DNA from: Octopus bimaculoides
Taxonomy: Eukaryota
DNA length: 64,000 nucleotides
Direction of reading: 5' to 3'
NCBI RefSeq assembly: GCF_001194135.2
Contig: NC_069001.1
Coordinates: 30,319,093-30,383,092, forward strand
Below the pieces are notes generated by a model that saw only the letters and a program-made list of their open reading frames with translations, was not told the DNA's origin and searched no databases. A program made the translations under genes and the position numbers. Positions 52,220 through 64,000 of the stretch are shown piece after piece (within the stretch, counting starts at the first letter, position 1; the number at the start of each line of letters is the position of its first letter).

Positions 52220-52622
52220 CATTCTAATGATTTCGGTCATTAGACAACTGCCTTGATGGGGCACCGCCTTGAAGAATTTTTCGCCGAATGGATTAATCTC
52301 AGTACATAGATTTTTGTTAAACCCGACACTTATTCTATCGGAAACTTTGGTCGAAGGGCTAACTTACGGGGACGTAAACATACCAGCCGCTCGTTAAGTT
52401 GTGGTCGGGAAAAACACACACACATATACGCGCACGCACGAACACGCACATACATACTCACACACACATACATACTCACACACACATACACACATGTATA
52501 CGTACGATTGGTTACTTTCAGTGGTCGGCCCGTGGCTATATTAGAAAACCAAGGTGCCACGCAGTGAGACTGAACCCAGAAAGGTGCGGTTGAGCAGCAA
52601 GCTTCTTACAACACGGCTACAC
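52220..52622 (-). mobile_element. SINE family A
   Basis: GCACCGCCTTGAAG...TACTTATTCTATCGG-like body...CCAAGGTGCCACGCAGTGAGACTGAACCCAG. Confidence 0.8.
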
Positions 52623-52903
52623 TTTTAGGGAACCTCAAAAATTCCTAGAGACAGTAAGGTAATTCTATGACGAGCTAAACGGAAGATCCAGCAGAATGTG
52701 TCAGAACAAAGCAAAAGCTGATAAAATTGATGATCACAACAAAAATTGTACACGATAAAACGATGGAAATCGCAACTACTGGCTAAAAGAGGTTCACCAA
52801 TTTTATGCCTGATTAAAATGTTTCTAAGGTCAAAATATACGTATGTATGTATGTATGTGTAACTTAGTTAATGCACGGTGATCGTTTATAAACATTAAGC
52901 GTG

Positions 52904-52939
<36 letters not shown>

Positions 52940-52944
<5 letters not shown>

Positions 52945-53245
52945 AGTTGGGTACAGGAAAAGATGTAGTCAACTTCACTCTTCCCCCAAAATTGCTGGCG
53001 CCTTATTATTGAATGAGAGGAGGTACCGGAAAAAAATGTGCTTGTCGACATTCCGTCCACATTTACGTTCTCAGTTCAGATTTCGTTGGATGTTGACTCT
53101 TCCTTTCATATTTAAGGGGTCGATAAAATAAATACCGGTTGTGCATTGCGGTAGATATGATCGACTGAAACCCCAACCTACCCACTCTTATGAAATGGTT
53201 GAACGTGTGTCAAAATTTCGAACCAATATTATTGAATGAGTAACA
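52940..53245 (+). mobile_element. SINE family B tail fragment followed by a degenerate copy
   Basis: CCCCCAAAATTGCTGG tail, then TTTACGTTCTCAGTTCAGATTTCG...GGGGTCGATAAAATAAATACC. Confidence 0.65.
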
Positions 53246-53264
53246 ATTATCCTTGTTATCGTTA

Positions 53265-53500
53265 CAAGGCGGAGGAGTTGCCGAAACGTTTGCACGCCGG
53301 GCGAAATGTTTAGCGGTATTCCGTCTCCCGTTACGTTCTGATTTCAAATTCCGCTGAGGTCAACTTTGCCTTTCATCATTTCGGGGTCGATAAATTAAGT
53401 ACCAGTTGCGCATTGGGGTCGACGTAATCGACTTAATCCCTTTGTCTGTCCTTGTTTGTCCCCTCTATGTTTAGCCCCTTGTTGGCAATAAAGAAATAAT
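53265..53500 (+). mobile_element. SINE family B, full length, tail type 1
   Basis: Closely similar to 8519-8751. Confidence 0.9.
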
Positions 53501-53745
53501 AAGAAGCTTGCTTACCAGCCACATGGTTCCCGGTTTAGTCCCACTGTGTGGCAACATGGGCAAGTATATATGTGTGTCTGTGTTTGTCCCCGCCACCATC
53601 ACTCGACAAACGATGTAGGTATGTTTACGTCCCTGTAACGTAGCGGTTCGGCAAAATTGACCGATAAGTCCTGGTCACGATTTGTTCGACTAAATGCGGT
53701 ACTCCATAATGGTGGCGTTGCAATGAGTGAAACCACTAAAGTAAT
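53501..53745 (+). mobile_element. SINE family A, 5'-clipped and internally deleted, fused to the preceding family B copy
   Basis: AAGAAGCTTGCTTACCAGCCACATGGTTCCCGGTTTAGTCCCACTG...GCGGTTCGGCAAAA. Confidence 0.8.
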
Positions 53746-54651
53746 AAAAATTAATATTGTTACTACGACTGCTGGTGTTCCTTTTTGTGTCCTTATGTTT
53801 CCATATGCTGTGTATACAATAAAAGTTACTTATTTACTGTGATATATTTTGCACCGTCTCAGTTTTGTTGGAAAACTTATACACATTGAGACAATGGTTT
53901 TAACTAATTTATTTATGTATTTATTTATTTTCTTATCTTAATGAGCAAGACCGCCTACGGGCTTTTAAGATTTAAAATAACTGAACGTTTCAATAAAGAA
54001 AAAAAAGACATATTCAGAAAGCAACAACATCTGCTGAATGGAAGAGTGATTTATTTTTTAATTATTTACCTTTCTAATTAGAAATCCGCATCTTCACCTG
54101 CACATGAATATGTATGTCTGTATACGTGTGAGTGTGAGTATGTTGGTGTTTGATTTATAAACAGGAATAGTAGACAGACAAATCAAAACTAATAGCAATG
54201 GAATAATGACAGAACGAACAACGGTAAATGTGAATGCATGGGCATACTTTTAAATATTTATACTTAACGTAACTATGGGATTAATGTACTTGTGAGCACG
54301 TGAAATACGTTGAACATAATCAGAATATAAATCCGTAAATCTGCTCTAATTACAGCAGCTCATTGGTACATCTCCAAAACAAATTACTTAAGATATTACT
54401 TGCTATTACTATGCCAAATATTGAAATAACTTTGCGTTGATACAGAATAGCATGCATCCAATTACAGCAGGTGACAGGAAACTCACAAAGGAGAATACCC
54501 ACACAGGCATGGAACTGTGTGCACATGCCCATAAACAGACACACATCAATGCGTGTCTGATTGTAGGCTCACGTGTATATAAGTGGATGTATAGGCATAT
54601 ATATAAAGTTTAGGCTATATGTATACAAATATGTATATGTATATACATATA

Positions 54652-54705
54652 CACGGTGGTGCACCAGCATGACCGCAGCCACTTGGCTGAAACACATAAA
54701 TAAAT
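54652..54705 (+). mobile_element. SINE family A 3' tail fragment
   Basis: CGGTGGTGCACCAGCATGACCGCAGCC...GGCTGAAACAC(ATAA)n. Confidence 0.5.
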
Positions 54706-54815
54706 AAATATATATGTATCTATCTATATATGTATGTGTGTGTGTGTGTGTGTGTTAATGTATGTAGATATGTGTGTATATATATATATGTATATATCTG
54801 TATTTATATGTATCT

Positions 54816-54846
<31 letters not shown>

Positions 54847-56809
54847 TATCTATTCATATCTGGCTACATCACTATCGATATGTGTGTGGATAGTTGGATG
54901 TTCTGAATAATTAATTATACTCAACGTTCTTCTGGAATTTTTCCCTGATGACACCAAAGTTCGCTATGGAAGTATTATTACTAGACATGATCACACTCGG
55001 GGCAGTACTGTACAAATTTCAATTTGAAAAGTCAGTCAAGTTTCATTTCTCATTATGTTGTGGTGAATGATTTCATAAACAATGAATCAATGACAAATTT
55101 TCATATACTCCATGTCATCAATATTCACACTTCTCGTTTTGAAAACCACGTCAACTACTTCGTTAAATATATTCGACGTTAGAGGTTTGATTCAGAATTT
55201 CGATTCCTACTTGATGATTGCTTCTTCTGCAAATCTGTTATGTCTCAGTTCATTACTATAAAGTCTTTGAAAGCAAATCACTTTCTGCAAACTGGCATGA
55301 CACGTTTTCTGATCCTGATACACAGCGCACGCCATAAAAAGGACGTCGCACTGCCAAAATTAGTCTAACATACGAAATACCAAATTTTCGCGTTTTCTTT
55401 TCATAGTGGCTAACGGGAATCCATATATTTTTAAAGCTAATAGAGGCCTAAACAACACCAGTTTTAATTTACTCACTTGTCAAGTCGCAGCAGTCCTCGC
55501 GTATCCCAATCTTCTTTCTTTTTTTTTTTTGCCGTGAGGATTCGGCATTCGAATGATTTATCGGCACATGATTATCTTTGTCATGAAGTTATTTAGGCAG
55601 AATTCCGGCAGCAGTGATCTCATATTGTGAAAGCTTGGAATAAGCCCTTCCTCCATTAAAATATTGAATGATTTCTATAATACATACATTTTGTTACAAC
55701 CCGAACAATTTCTGTTTTTGCTGTATTATATCTTCAGGTGTAATTTGGAATATTAAGTTATTTATATATGGTGTTTATATATGGTATTGTTAAACGCTGA
55801 TGTTAGTTGAATAATTTAAATGAAAAGAAAAGTTGTCGGGGGGGGGCGATGCATACCCAGTGCGTACACGAGGATAAACTGAAATTTAATTTAATAATCT
55901 TGGACGAATTCATATTTCAACAAAATTACATTAAGAGTTTTCTCCTATCGCTTATCGTTTATGCATATGGAAACAAAGAAAAACAAAATCTTAATTCACG
56001 AAACCGAAATTTAATGAGTTCAAATCACTCACCCAATGGGTATTTCTGACAAATTTGGTGAAAATCCGTTCAGACAAAGTGGAGCGACTACAATCTCCTG
56101 CATTCGTTTACCCGTTTATATGTGATGAATTTCAGCAGTCAAAGTAAAGATGGAAGAAATATAAGTTCGATATTTCTTTATTGCTCAAGGCTGAAAAATT
56201 TCATAGTGGAGATTGGACTTTGTAAGTTGTGGAAGATCAGGAACGCACTTCCACAACTGAGCATTATTATAGAAGTGGACTTACGGGGTAAAGTTCAGCT
56301 GCTAGCGTAGAACTAAAAACTACTCAGAAAACTACTATTTTTAAATCTTACAACGTGCGATATTTAGCAACAGTACTTTGTACTCAAGATTGTTTGCCAA
56401 CATAACATGGCAGTCATGGTTTAGGATTAATGTTGCTGTAATTTAGCACCAGGAATAACCCGGATATCACGATACACATATATTCTTTGAGCTGAATGGG
56501 GGTGCTAGGTTCTCTTGTTCGAAAATATAAGGACACAGATCGTGTCGTATAGCCAGCTGGAAACAATCTCTCCTGAGGCTAAATTACAGCAACATTCCTC
56601 CTAAACCAGGACTGCTATGTTATTTTGGCAACATTTGCAATAGAATGGAGAGAATACCTCGGGAAATGGATGCTACATGGTCGGAGCCAAAAACAATCAG
56701 TGTTACCAAGTCTTCACTTGTAATTCGTTAACAATTCAAAGTCGATCCGTTTCCCGATCACATTTTCAAATTTGACAAACCATGAACTTTATTCTAAGTG
56801 GTTCGGTGC

Positions 56810-57130
56810 ATTACAATGACCATCAATAAGCAGAAAGCTGTTTCTCAAATCAAAACTGCATTCCAAGAAAAAGTATGATAACGGTATTTTAGTTTCCAAT
56901 TGGAATCATTTGATATGATTTCCTGAAGTCTGTGAAAATATCACTGCTGAAAAATATTGCCAGGAAATCGTTAAAATTCACCAAAAGCAGCCAAGTCTAC
57001 CTCTCGAAATGGCCAATTCAAATGGATCAATTGTTCACCATGAAGACATTTGACAACGTATGACTCGACATAAATTGAAATAACTTATATAAATTGTGAT
57101 TTCGTTTGAATTTCTACATCGTCTCGTCTT
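56810..57130 (+). mobile_element. mariner transposase catalytic-domain fragment, heavily decayed
   Basis: KSKLHSKKK / MITVF*FPIGII*YDFLKS / ITAEKYCQEIVKIHQK. Confidence 0.55.
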
Positions 57131-57999
57131 TAGTTTGCACAATTCGTATAGCTGGGCAATTACATTACAGATTCCCTCACGTTACGTTCAAATATGCCTC
57201 GTCAATAAATCATTATTTTGTGTTTTTTTAAGATAATATTCAAACAATGAATATCATTATTGCTGGAAAACAAGAATTATTACGATTTCAAAATTGACAT
57301 TGTGCATTTTTTAAAAATATGACATATTTTCAAAATAGTATAATTATTGTTAAAAATATAAAACTGTAATTATCTAACAGCAAAGAAGTATAATTACTTA
57401 AGAATCATAACTATTTCAAAGATAAGGATTATTAATTAATTATTCCGAAAATTTATTATTCAAAAAATATCAATTTCGCTTATCTTAAAAAGAAGCACAA
57501 TTTCTCAAATTGAAGATTCTTTAAAAATTAAAGTCAACAGGAATTGGACTATAACAAATATTATTATTGCCACCATCCCCACTCTGCTCATGGCCACCAC
57601 CATGGAATTTTTAATTGTTCGGTGGCCTGCAGTTATTATCAATGATAAAAGTACTTCCATTTTCTAATAAATATATAATATTCACAAGTCAATTTTGAAA
57701 CAATAAATGCCTTAAAGAGAATTAAAATTCGTAAAAGATATTAAATAATAAGGATATTTTAAATACTGTTTCACATTAATTTTATCATCATCAAATTAAT
57801 ATTTCTAAATATCTAAAAATTCATTATTTACAAGGAAAGCACTTTGTGAACTCAAATTTCTAATAATAAATATATATTTAAAAGTATTTTTTTCAAACGT
57901 GACCTCTTCAGCACCGTTAACGCAACAAAATCCATACAATATCTGTGTCTACGAATTGCATAATGTTCGTTCTTATTCTATCATTTATCTTTTATTTGT

Positions 58000-58330
58000 T
58001 TCAAATATTGAAGCGCGGGTTTGCGGGTACTTAGTCGAACAAAGCTACCTTTTTCACATATCTTTAAAGCCTAGTATTTATTCTATCGGTCCACTTGCGA
58101 ATTGTTAAGTTAATGAAACATAAACAAACCGAAATCCGATGCCGATCTGTATTGAAACAAACACGAATACATACACATATATACAAACAGAAGACTCGCT
58201 TCTTTAACTTTTCGCCTACGAATTCCTCTCTCTAGGCTTTGGTCATCCATATGCTATAATAATAGATGACAATTCTTCAACATGCCATACACTGGGATTG
58301 AAACTGGAGGTACGAGGTCGAAACTCCTTA
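58000..58330 (-). mobile_element. SINE family A, degenerate
   Basis: GCCTAGTATTTATTCTATCGG...GGCTTTGGTC...CACTGGGATTGAAAC. Confidence 0.55.
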
Positions 58331-58845
58331 CAGCACAGACATGCCTGAGCTTATAAGAAAATAAATCACCTTAATACGCATTGCAATGATCTCGAACTTC
58401 GAGTCTTATGCATGCAAAGCAAACTTGCCAATCCTACATCTATGCACCTTGCTGGGAAACACATAATTTCTATCTTTACGAAAGGGTTCTCATCATTTGT
58501 AAAATAATTATAATCCTTATGTAAAAATATAACAAGAGACATTTTACCTGTGAGTGTGTTAAATTATAAGCACCGAAAGAGAACGACTCTCCCCAGATAT
58601 AACAAGAGATATTTTTGAAAACAAAAGTATTTTCAATTAAGGAAATGGGTAGTTTATAAATATGTAATTATCTTTTTAAATATGTTTAAGTAAAAGATTA
58701 TTATTTTCATTAAACATTTATTAAAAATATTAATTCGTATATAAATGCAGAGAAATATTAATATGAAGAAATAAATATATCGTGAATTATTGCAAATATT
58801 ACAAAATTATGAATTCTTACTGCTTAAAATGTATAATTATCATTG

Positions 58846-59705
58846 TTATTATTATTATTTAAGATATCGCACAGTATCCAATATATCGATGTTGTGGATT
58901 GCAGATATTTTTCTACCGGGAATTTATAGAGTCTGTCAAGTTATAACACGGATCTCAAACAGATAGTACTTTACGCAATATGCTTATAGTTCCAAGTAAT
59001 GCCGATTTTTGCAATACACATAGACTGTAGGTTATTTCTAAAGTTTCCATTAGTTTCTTTATGTTGGGTGGTATCGAACCCAATGCTCCGATGACAACAG
59101 GGACAAACTTTGTTTGACTAACGTAGATGCCGCATCTTGACTATTTCAATTCTCATGTCTCCATATTTATGAATCTTTTCTCTTTCTTTCATGATAATAT
59201 ATTGATCTCCTGGCACTGCAACGTCGATTATTAGGCACACTTGTTTGTCCCAACTAAAGATTACTATGCCCGGCCTTCGGTTCTATAACAACTTTTCTGT
59301 TTGCAAGTCACAGTCCCAGAAAATGTTGCCTTCCCTTTTCGGTCCATTACCTCTTCTCTTGTATGCTGGTACCACGCAGCTTTTACCAGCATAGTAGCCA
59401 ATGAAGGTTTTTGCGCTACCTTGTCGTGTATGCGCTTGTACTCTTTGCGCAAAGCTTTCACAAGTACTAACAATGCGAGTCACGTTTTCGTCCCTCTTGT
59501 CACACATTCTGCACATGTTCATTGCACTTGGGGTGGGGGTATATATCCCTTTTCACTGAGCTGGTATTCAATGCCTGATCCTGGCAAGCGATGGTTAGGC
59601 TTTCAGACTTCTTCTGTCGGTCACCCTCGCTGAACCACCTCTATGACGCTTCTTGGTATTTTAAATTGTTAGTTTCAAGGTGGAACTGACCATTTAATTC
59701 CATGC
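58846..59705 (-). mobile_element. R4/Dong-clade LINE 3' fragment (CCHC knuckle, RLE, 3' UTR, (TAA)n)
   Basis: ELNGQFHLE...SESLTIACQDQALNT...MCRMCDKRDENVTRIVSTC...KEYKRIHDKVA...IFWDCDLQTEK...LIIDVAVPGD...VVIGALGS...LQKSALLGTISILRKVLSV* (stop 58955-57); (TAA)n at 58846-58860. Confidence 0.92.
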
Positions 59706-59717
59706 GGAGTAGAGTAT

Positions 59718-59930
59718 CATGCGGTGAGCTGGCAGAATTGGTAGCACGCCGGATGGTGCGCATAGCAGCGTTACGTCCGTCTTTACGTTCTGAGTTCTAA
59801 TTCCGCATAGGTCGACATTGCCCTTCATCCTTTCGATGTCGATAAAATAAGTGGCAGCTGAAAACTGGGATCGATGTAATCAACTCATCTTCTTCGCAAA
59901 TTGCTGCCCTTGTGGCAAAACCTAAAACGA
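59718..59930 (+). mobile_element. SINE family B, full length, tail 3
   Basis: GCGGTGAGCTGGCAGAATTGG...GGTCGACATTGCCCTTCATCCTTTCG...GCCCTTGTGGCAAAA. Confidence 0.9.
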
Positions 59931-59974
59931 TTACTATTGTGATACAGACGACTTATTTTTATCACAAACATTGG

Positions 59975-60165
59975 TGCCAAGCGATGGCGGTGGTGTGACA
60001 AACACAGACACACAAACGCATTCACATATATACGACGGGCTTCTTTCAGTTTCCGTCCACCAAATCCACTCACAAGTCTTTGGTCGGCCCGAAGCTAGAG
60101 TAGAAGAGACTTGCCGAAGCTGTGACGCAATAGAACTGAACTCGGAACCATGAGGTTGGGAAACA
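59975..60165 (-). mobile_element. SINE family A, 5' half
   Basis: TACGACGGGCTTCTTTCAGTTTCCGTCCACCAAATCCACTCACAAG...GGAACCATG. Confidence 0.8.
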
Positions 60166-60169
60166 AGCC

Positions 60170-60172
60170 TAC

Positions 60173-60203
<31 letters not shown>

Positions 60204-60204
60204 T

Positions 60205-60240
<36 letters not shown>

Positions 60241-60365
60241 TCACTCACTCACTCACTCACTCACTCACTCACTCACTCACTCACTCACTCACTCACTCAC
60301 TCACTCACTCACTCACTCACTCACTCACTCACTCACTCACTCACTCACTCACTCACTCACTCTCA
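60170..60365. repeat. (CA)n followed by a long pure (CACT)n tract
   Basis: Directly visible; CACT repeats run about 60233-60360. Confidence 0.95.
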
Positions 60366-60739
60366 CATGCGCGCGTTCACAGAAGCAAACACGCGCATGT
60401 TCACAGAACACATGCAGTAACCACTACATTAGGCCGAAAATTATTAAAAAAGAACATTATATTTATTCAGGCTGTTTTGTTTCTGAAAAAAGTTTTTAAA
60501 TGTTAACGAAATCGAATTTATAGTCGGAGCTGATAACATAATCCCATAATTTTATTAGAGAACTATAAATTTTTCAGCAGAAACAGAATGGTTGCTACTC
60601 ATAAAAAACAAAATTCCTACGGGATCTGCTGCTTTATTTTATTCTAGCCAAAGATCGCACCGTCATACTCGCATTCTAAAACTGAAATATTTCCTTATAT
60701 AGATTTATTGATACATTTTTCTTCACTTTCATATTCTCT

Positions 60740-61140
60740 CTTTTCTTTCTCTTCTACTTGTTTCAGTCATTTGACTGCGGCCATGCTGGAGCACCGTCTT
60801 TAGTCGAGCAAATCGACCCCAGGACTTATTGTTTGGAAGCCTAGTACTTATTCTATCGGTGTCTTTTGCCGAACTGCTAAGTTACGGGGACGTAAACACA
60901 ACATCATCGGTTTTCAAGCGATCTGGGGGGGGGGCAAACGTATACACACACACACACATATATATATATACATATATACGACGGGCTTCTTTCAGTTTCC
61001 GTCTACCAAATCCACTCACAAGGCTTTGGTCGGCCTGAGGCTATAGTAGAAGACACTTGCCCAAGGTGCCACGCAGTGAGACTGAACCCAGAACCATGTG
61101 GTTGGTTAGCAAGCTACTTACCACACAGCCACTGCTGCAC
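60740..61140 (-). mobile_element. SINE family A, full length, best-preserved copy
   Basis: Head GTGGCTGTGTGGTAAGTAGCTTGC...GGGTTCAGTCTCACTGCGTGGCACCTTGGGCAAGTG through tail CAAATGACTGAAACAAGTAGAAGAG. Confidence 0.92.
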
Positions 61141-61186
61141 CATATATATAATATTGCTGTGTTTCGTTTCGTAATTACTTAATTTA

Positions 61187-61400
61187 GAAGGCGGTGAGCT
61201 GTCAGAAACGCTAGCACGCCGTGCGAAATGCTTAGCCGATTTTTTGATTGCCGCTACGTTCTGAGTTCAAATTCAACCTGGTTCGACTTTGCCATTCATC
61301 CCTTCGGGTTCAATTAAATAAGTACCAAGTTATGCACTGGGATCGATGAAATCGATTAGCTCCCTCGATTAGGTCTTGTGCATATACTGGAAACGATAAT
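61187..61400 (+). mobile_element. SINE family B
   Basis: AAGGCGGTGAGCTGTCAGAAACG...CTGAGTTCAAATTC...CGACTTTGCCATTCATCCCTTCGGG. Confidence 0.85.
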
Positions 61401-61499
61401 TACTTAATATAGAATATATTAAAATAGTAAAAAGTAAACAAATAGAATATAGTTCCTAAATGCTATGTAATGCATTCTATGTTTATTGTATTGCCATAT

Positions 61500-61822
61500 G
61501 ACGGTGCGTGGTTAAGCGGTTACGGTATTCGGTGTCAGATCGTAAGTTCCAGAGTTCGATTCCAGCAGCGCGTTATATCCTTGAGCATGACGTATTATTT
61601 CACGTTGCTCCGGTTCTCTAAGCTCACGAAAAGAAGCTGCAGCTGTAATTTAAAGGGCCATCCTTGTTACTTTCTCTATCACACTGAATCTCCTTCAGAA
61701 AAACTCTAGGGGTACTCGTTTTTGTGGAGTGCTCAGCCACTTGCACGTTAGTGTCACGAGCAGGTTGTTCTGCTGATTGGCTCAAATGGAGCACTCCTCG
61801 TCGAAACCGACGGAGTGCCAAT
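61500..61822 (+). mobile_element. SINE with a family C 3' body but a divergent head
   Basis: Head GTGCGTGGTTAAGCGG...AGAGTTCGATTCC...ATCCTTGAGCATG; 3' GCTCAGCCACTTGCACGTTA...CACGAGCAGG...CGACGGAGTGCCAA is shared with 1330-1421. Confidence 0.75.
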
Positions 61823-62699
61823 GCTGCTTTGTGTTCGGAATATCAGGAAAAACATTCCTCAAGGGAAGTGCTATCTTTAATATATTTGATTTTCATTGCT
61901 ACTACATAAAGTCGTTTATCCAGTAATATCATGTAAGTTTTTTTAATGATTTCTATTCACTGTTATTTGCTGACGAAGTTAATTAAGTATACGTGCATGT
62001 GTGTGCTTTTGATTTATGTAGGTTCTTGTGTATGTGCATTTACATACACATTTATACATTTCTCAGTTCTATTTTATTTTCAAACAGTGTGCATAGAAAC
62101 CTCATTCGTCTTTCGGATGGCACATTTAGAATCATCAAATTTAACAATGCGTTTGAAAAATTTAAGAGAAAACTTCGTTGTTCTTAAGATCACTGCTTGT
62201 TTTTTTTTTTTTGGACATGTTGCTGTTATCATGATATCTGTTTTTAAAGAAATTGTCATTGGTATTGCTTTTGCGTTCGCAACTGCTAATTTTTTTTCTT
62301 TCGTTGTTTGGTCTTATCCGTTTAGAGGTCATTAATGAATGCAACTTATTGCCCGAAAGGGAAAAGAAACGAACAAAGACAATAAATAAACAAGATGAAG
62401 ACATAACAATATCAGAAAAATCTCACGATAAGATTATTTCCATATATTAAGATTGCCTGAAAGAAAATTCTTAATGCATTCTAAACGAAATTAGAAGCCA
62501 AAAATTAAATCAATACATATATTATTACAACAATACAAAATAAAGATAATTTTCAAGAAAGAAAATAAGAATGAACAAAAAATGCCGACAAACCAAAAAA
62601 AAAAAAACAATAAAACGACAAAAAGACAATGTGAAATGTTATTAAAAAACAACGGTAAATATAAATAGTGAAAGTATTAGAAAAAATACTTAAAAACAA

Positions 62700-62921
62700 C
62701 AAAACCATGTTGACGATTATAATGATGATGATGACAATAATGATAATAAAATAATAATAATAATAATAATGTTAGTGAGAGTAATGATTATTATCATAGC
62801 CAGCACCAACGTCAGCTTCATCAGCATCATCAACTTCATCAACATGGCGACGCTGACTGTGATGAAGTTGGTGACGATAATGACGATGGTGATGATGATA
62901 ACAATCGCAGTAGTTGTAGTA

Positions 62922-62954
<33 letters not shown>

Positions 62955-63119
62955 GTGATGATGCCGATGATGATGATGATGATGATAGTGACCGACCATC
63001 ACTATGACAACGATGTCTAGAACACAAAGAATCAAAATCTTGGAATAAAAAAAAACCCACATTAAAACAATAATTTCAATACAACAATACTGACAATAAT
63101 AAAAACAACAACAACACTT

Positions 63120-63160
<41 letters not shown>

Positions 63161-63260
63161 GCTACCACAACAACTTCTACAAATAATAATAATAATAGGA
63201 ACCATAATAATAATAATAATGATAATAATAATAATGAAAGTAATGTTGATGATAATGACG
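62700..63260. repeat. Trinucleotide low-complexity field (AAT, GAT, TAG, TAC, AAC)
   Basis: Directly visible. Confidence 0.9.
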
Positions 63261-63564
63261 AATGCATTATAAAGAGATAAAATAACAAAATAATCGAAGA
63301 ACATATGAGATAAACAGAGATAAAGAAGGAATTAGATTTTCGCCTCAAACATCTGATAGACTCTCTAAGGAATCTTTATCAAAATCAGTCGACATTTTGA
63401 CAGGTCTTGAAATCGCAAAGGTATTTGATAATGACGTTTCTTATTAATTCTTTGAATGTTTGTCAAGGAAAATACAAAAGACGAGATTTAGAAGGTATAC
63501 AAAAATCTGAATATTCTTTGGAAATTTCATTCAGGAGGGAGAGAAAAGGCGAAAATACAATACA

Positions 63565-63570
63565 GCATAC

Positions 63571-63613
<43 letters not shown>

Positions 63614-64000
63614 TGTATATATATATATGTATGCATCAATATTTATACATACATATATTTCAATGTACATATGTATATATATATGTATATTTATATATGT
63701 ATATATGTATGTTTATATACGTATATATATATATGTATATATATATATGTATATATATATATGTATATATATATATACAAATATATGTATATTTATATAT
63801 GTGTGTATATTTATATATGTATGTATATTTATATATATATATGTATGTATATTTATATATATATATATGTATGTATATTTATATATATATATATATATGT
63901 ATGTATATTTATATATATATATATATATGTATGTATATTTATATATATATATGTATGTATATTTATATATATATATGTATGTATATTTATATATATATAT
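63565..64000. repeat. (CA)n then TA/TATG-based nested tandem repeat
   Basis: Unit ATGTATGTATATTT(AT)n repeated to the window end. Confidence 0.95.

Noticed and set aside
62769-63348. Poly-I/M/V/H/Y/S/L ORFs on both strands
   Set aside because: Trinucleotide low-complexity DNA open in several frames, with no domain or splice support.

Overview
Eukaryotic, AT-rich, repeat-dominated genomic DNA with four N-gaps, all adjoining (TA)n. The tRNA-derived SINE families, microsatellite load and TE spectrum suggest an octopus (coleoid) intergenic or intronic region; this is inference. I could not support any host protein-coding exon. Most ORF-track entries are translated microsatellites or TE remnants. 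The window holds about 30 copies or fragments of three tRNA-headed SINE families (my labels A, B, C) and decayed R4/Dong-type LINE fragments, most bounded by (TAA)n. It also holds one Tx1/L1 3' end and several Tc1/mariner remnants, including a 213-bp MITE with near-perfect TIRs. The main find is a set of minimal type I hammerhead-ribozyme folds of the kind carried by Penelope-like elements: one with a full consensus core (6768-6828), one with an extra A (10453-10498), and two degenerate ones (9953-9990 minus; 13110-13155). At 12851-13200 a Pol III tRNA-like head is fused to the hammerhead-bearing tail and flanked by inverted copies of that tail, a candidate Pol III-driven, Penelope-mobilised, ribozyme-bearing SINE-like element. 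Other points of interest are a higher-order tandem array of SINE heads, modular SINE tail and head swapping, and an 88-nt pri-miRNA-sized hairpin. Element boundaries were read by eye and are approximate unless given base by base.
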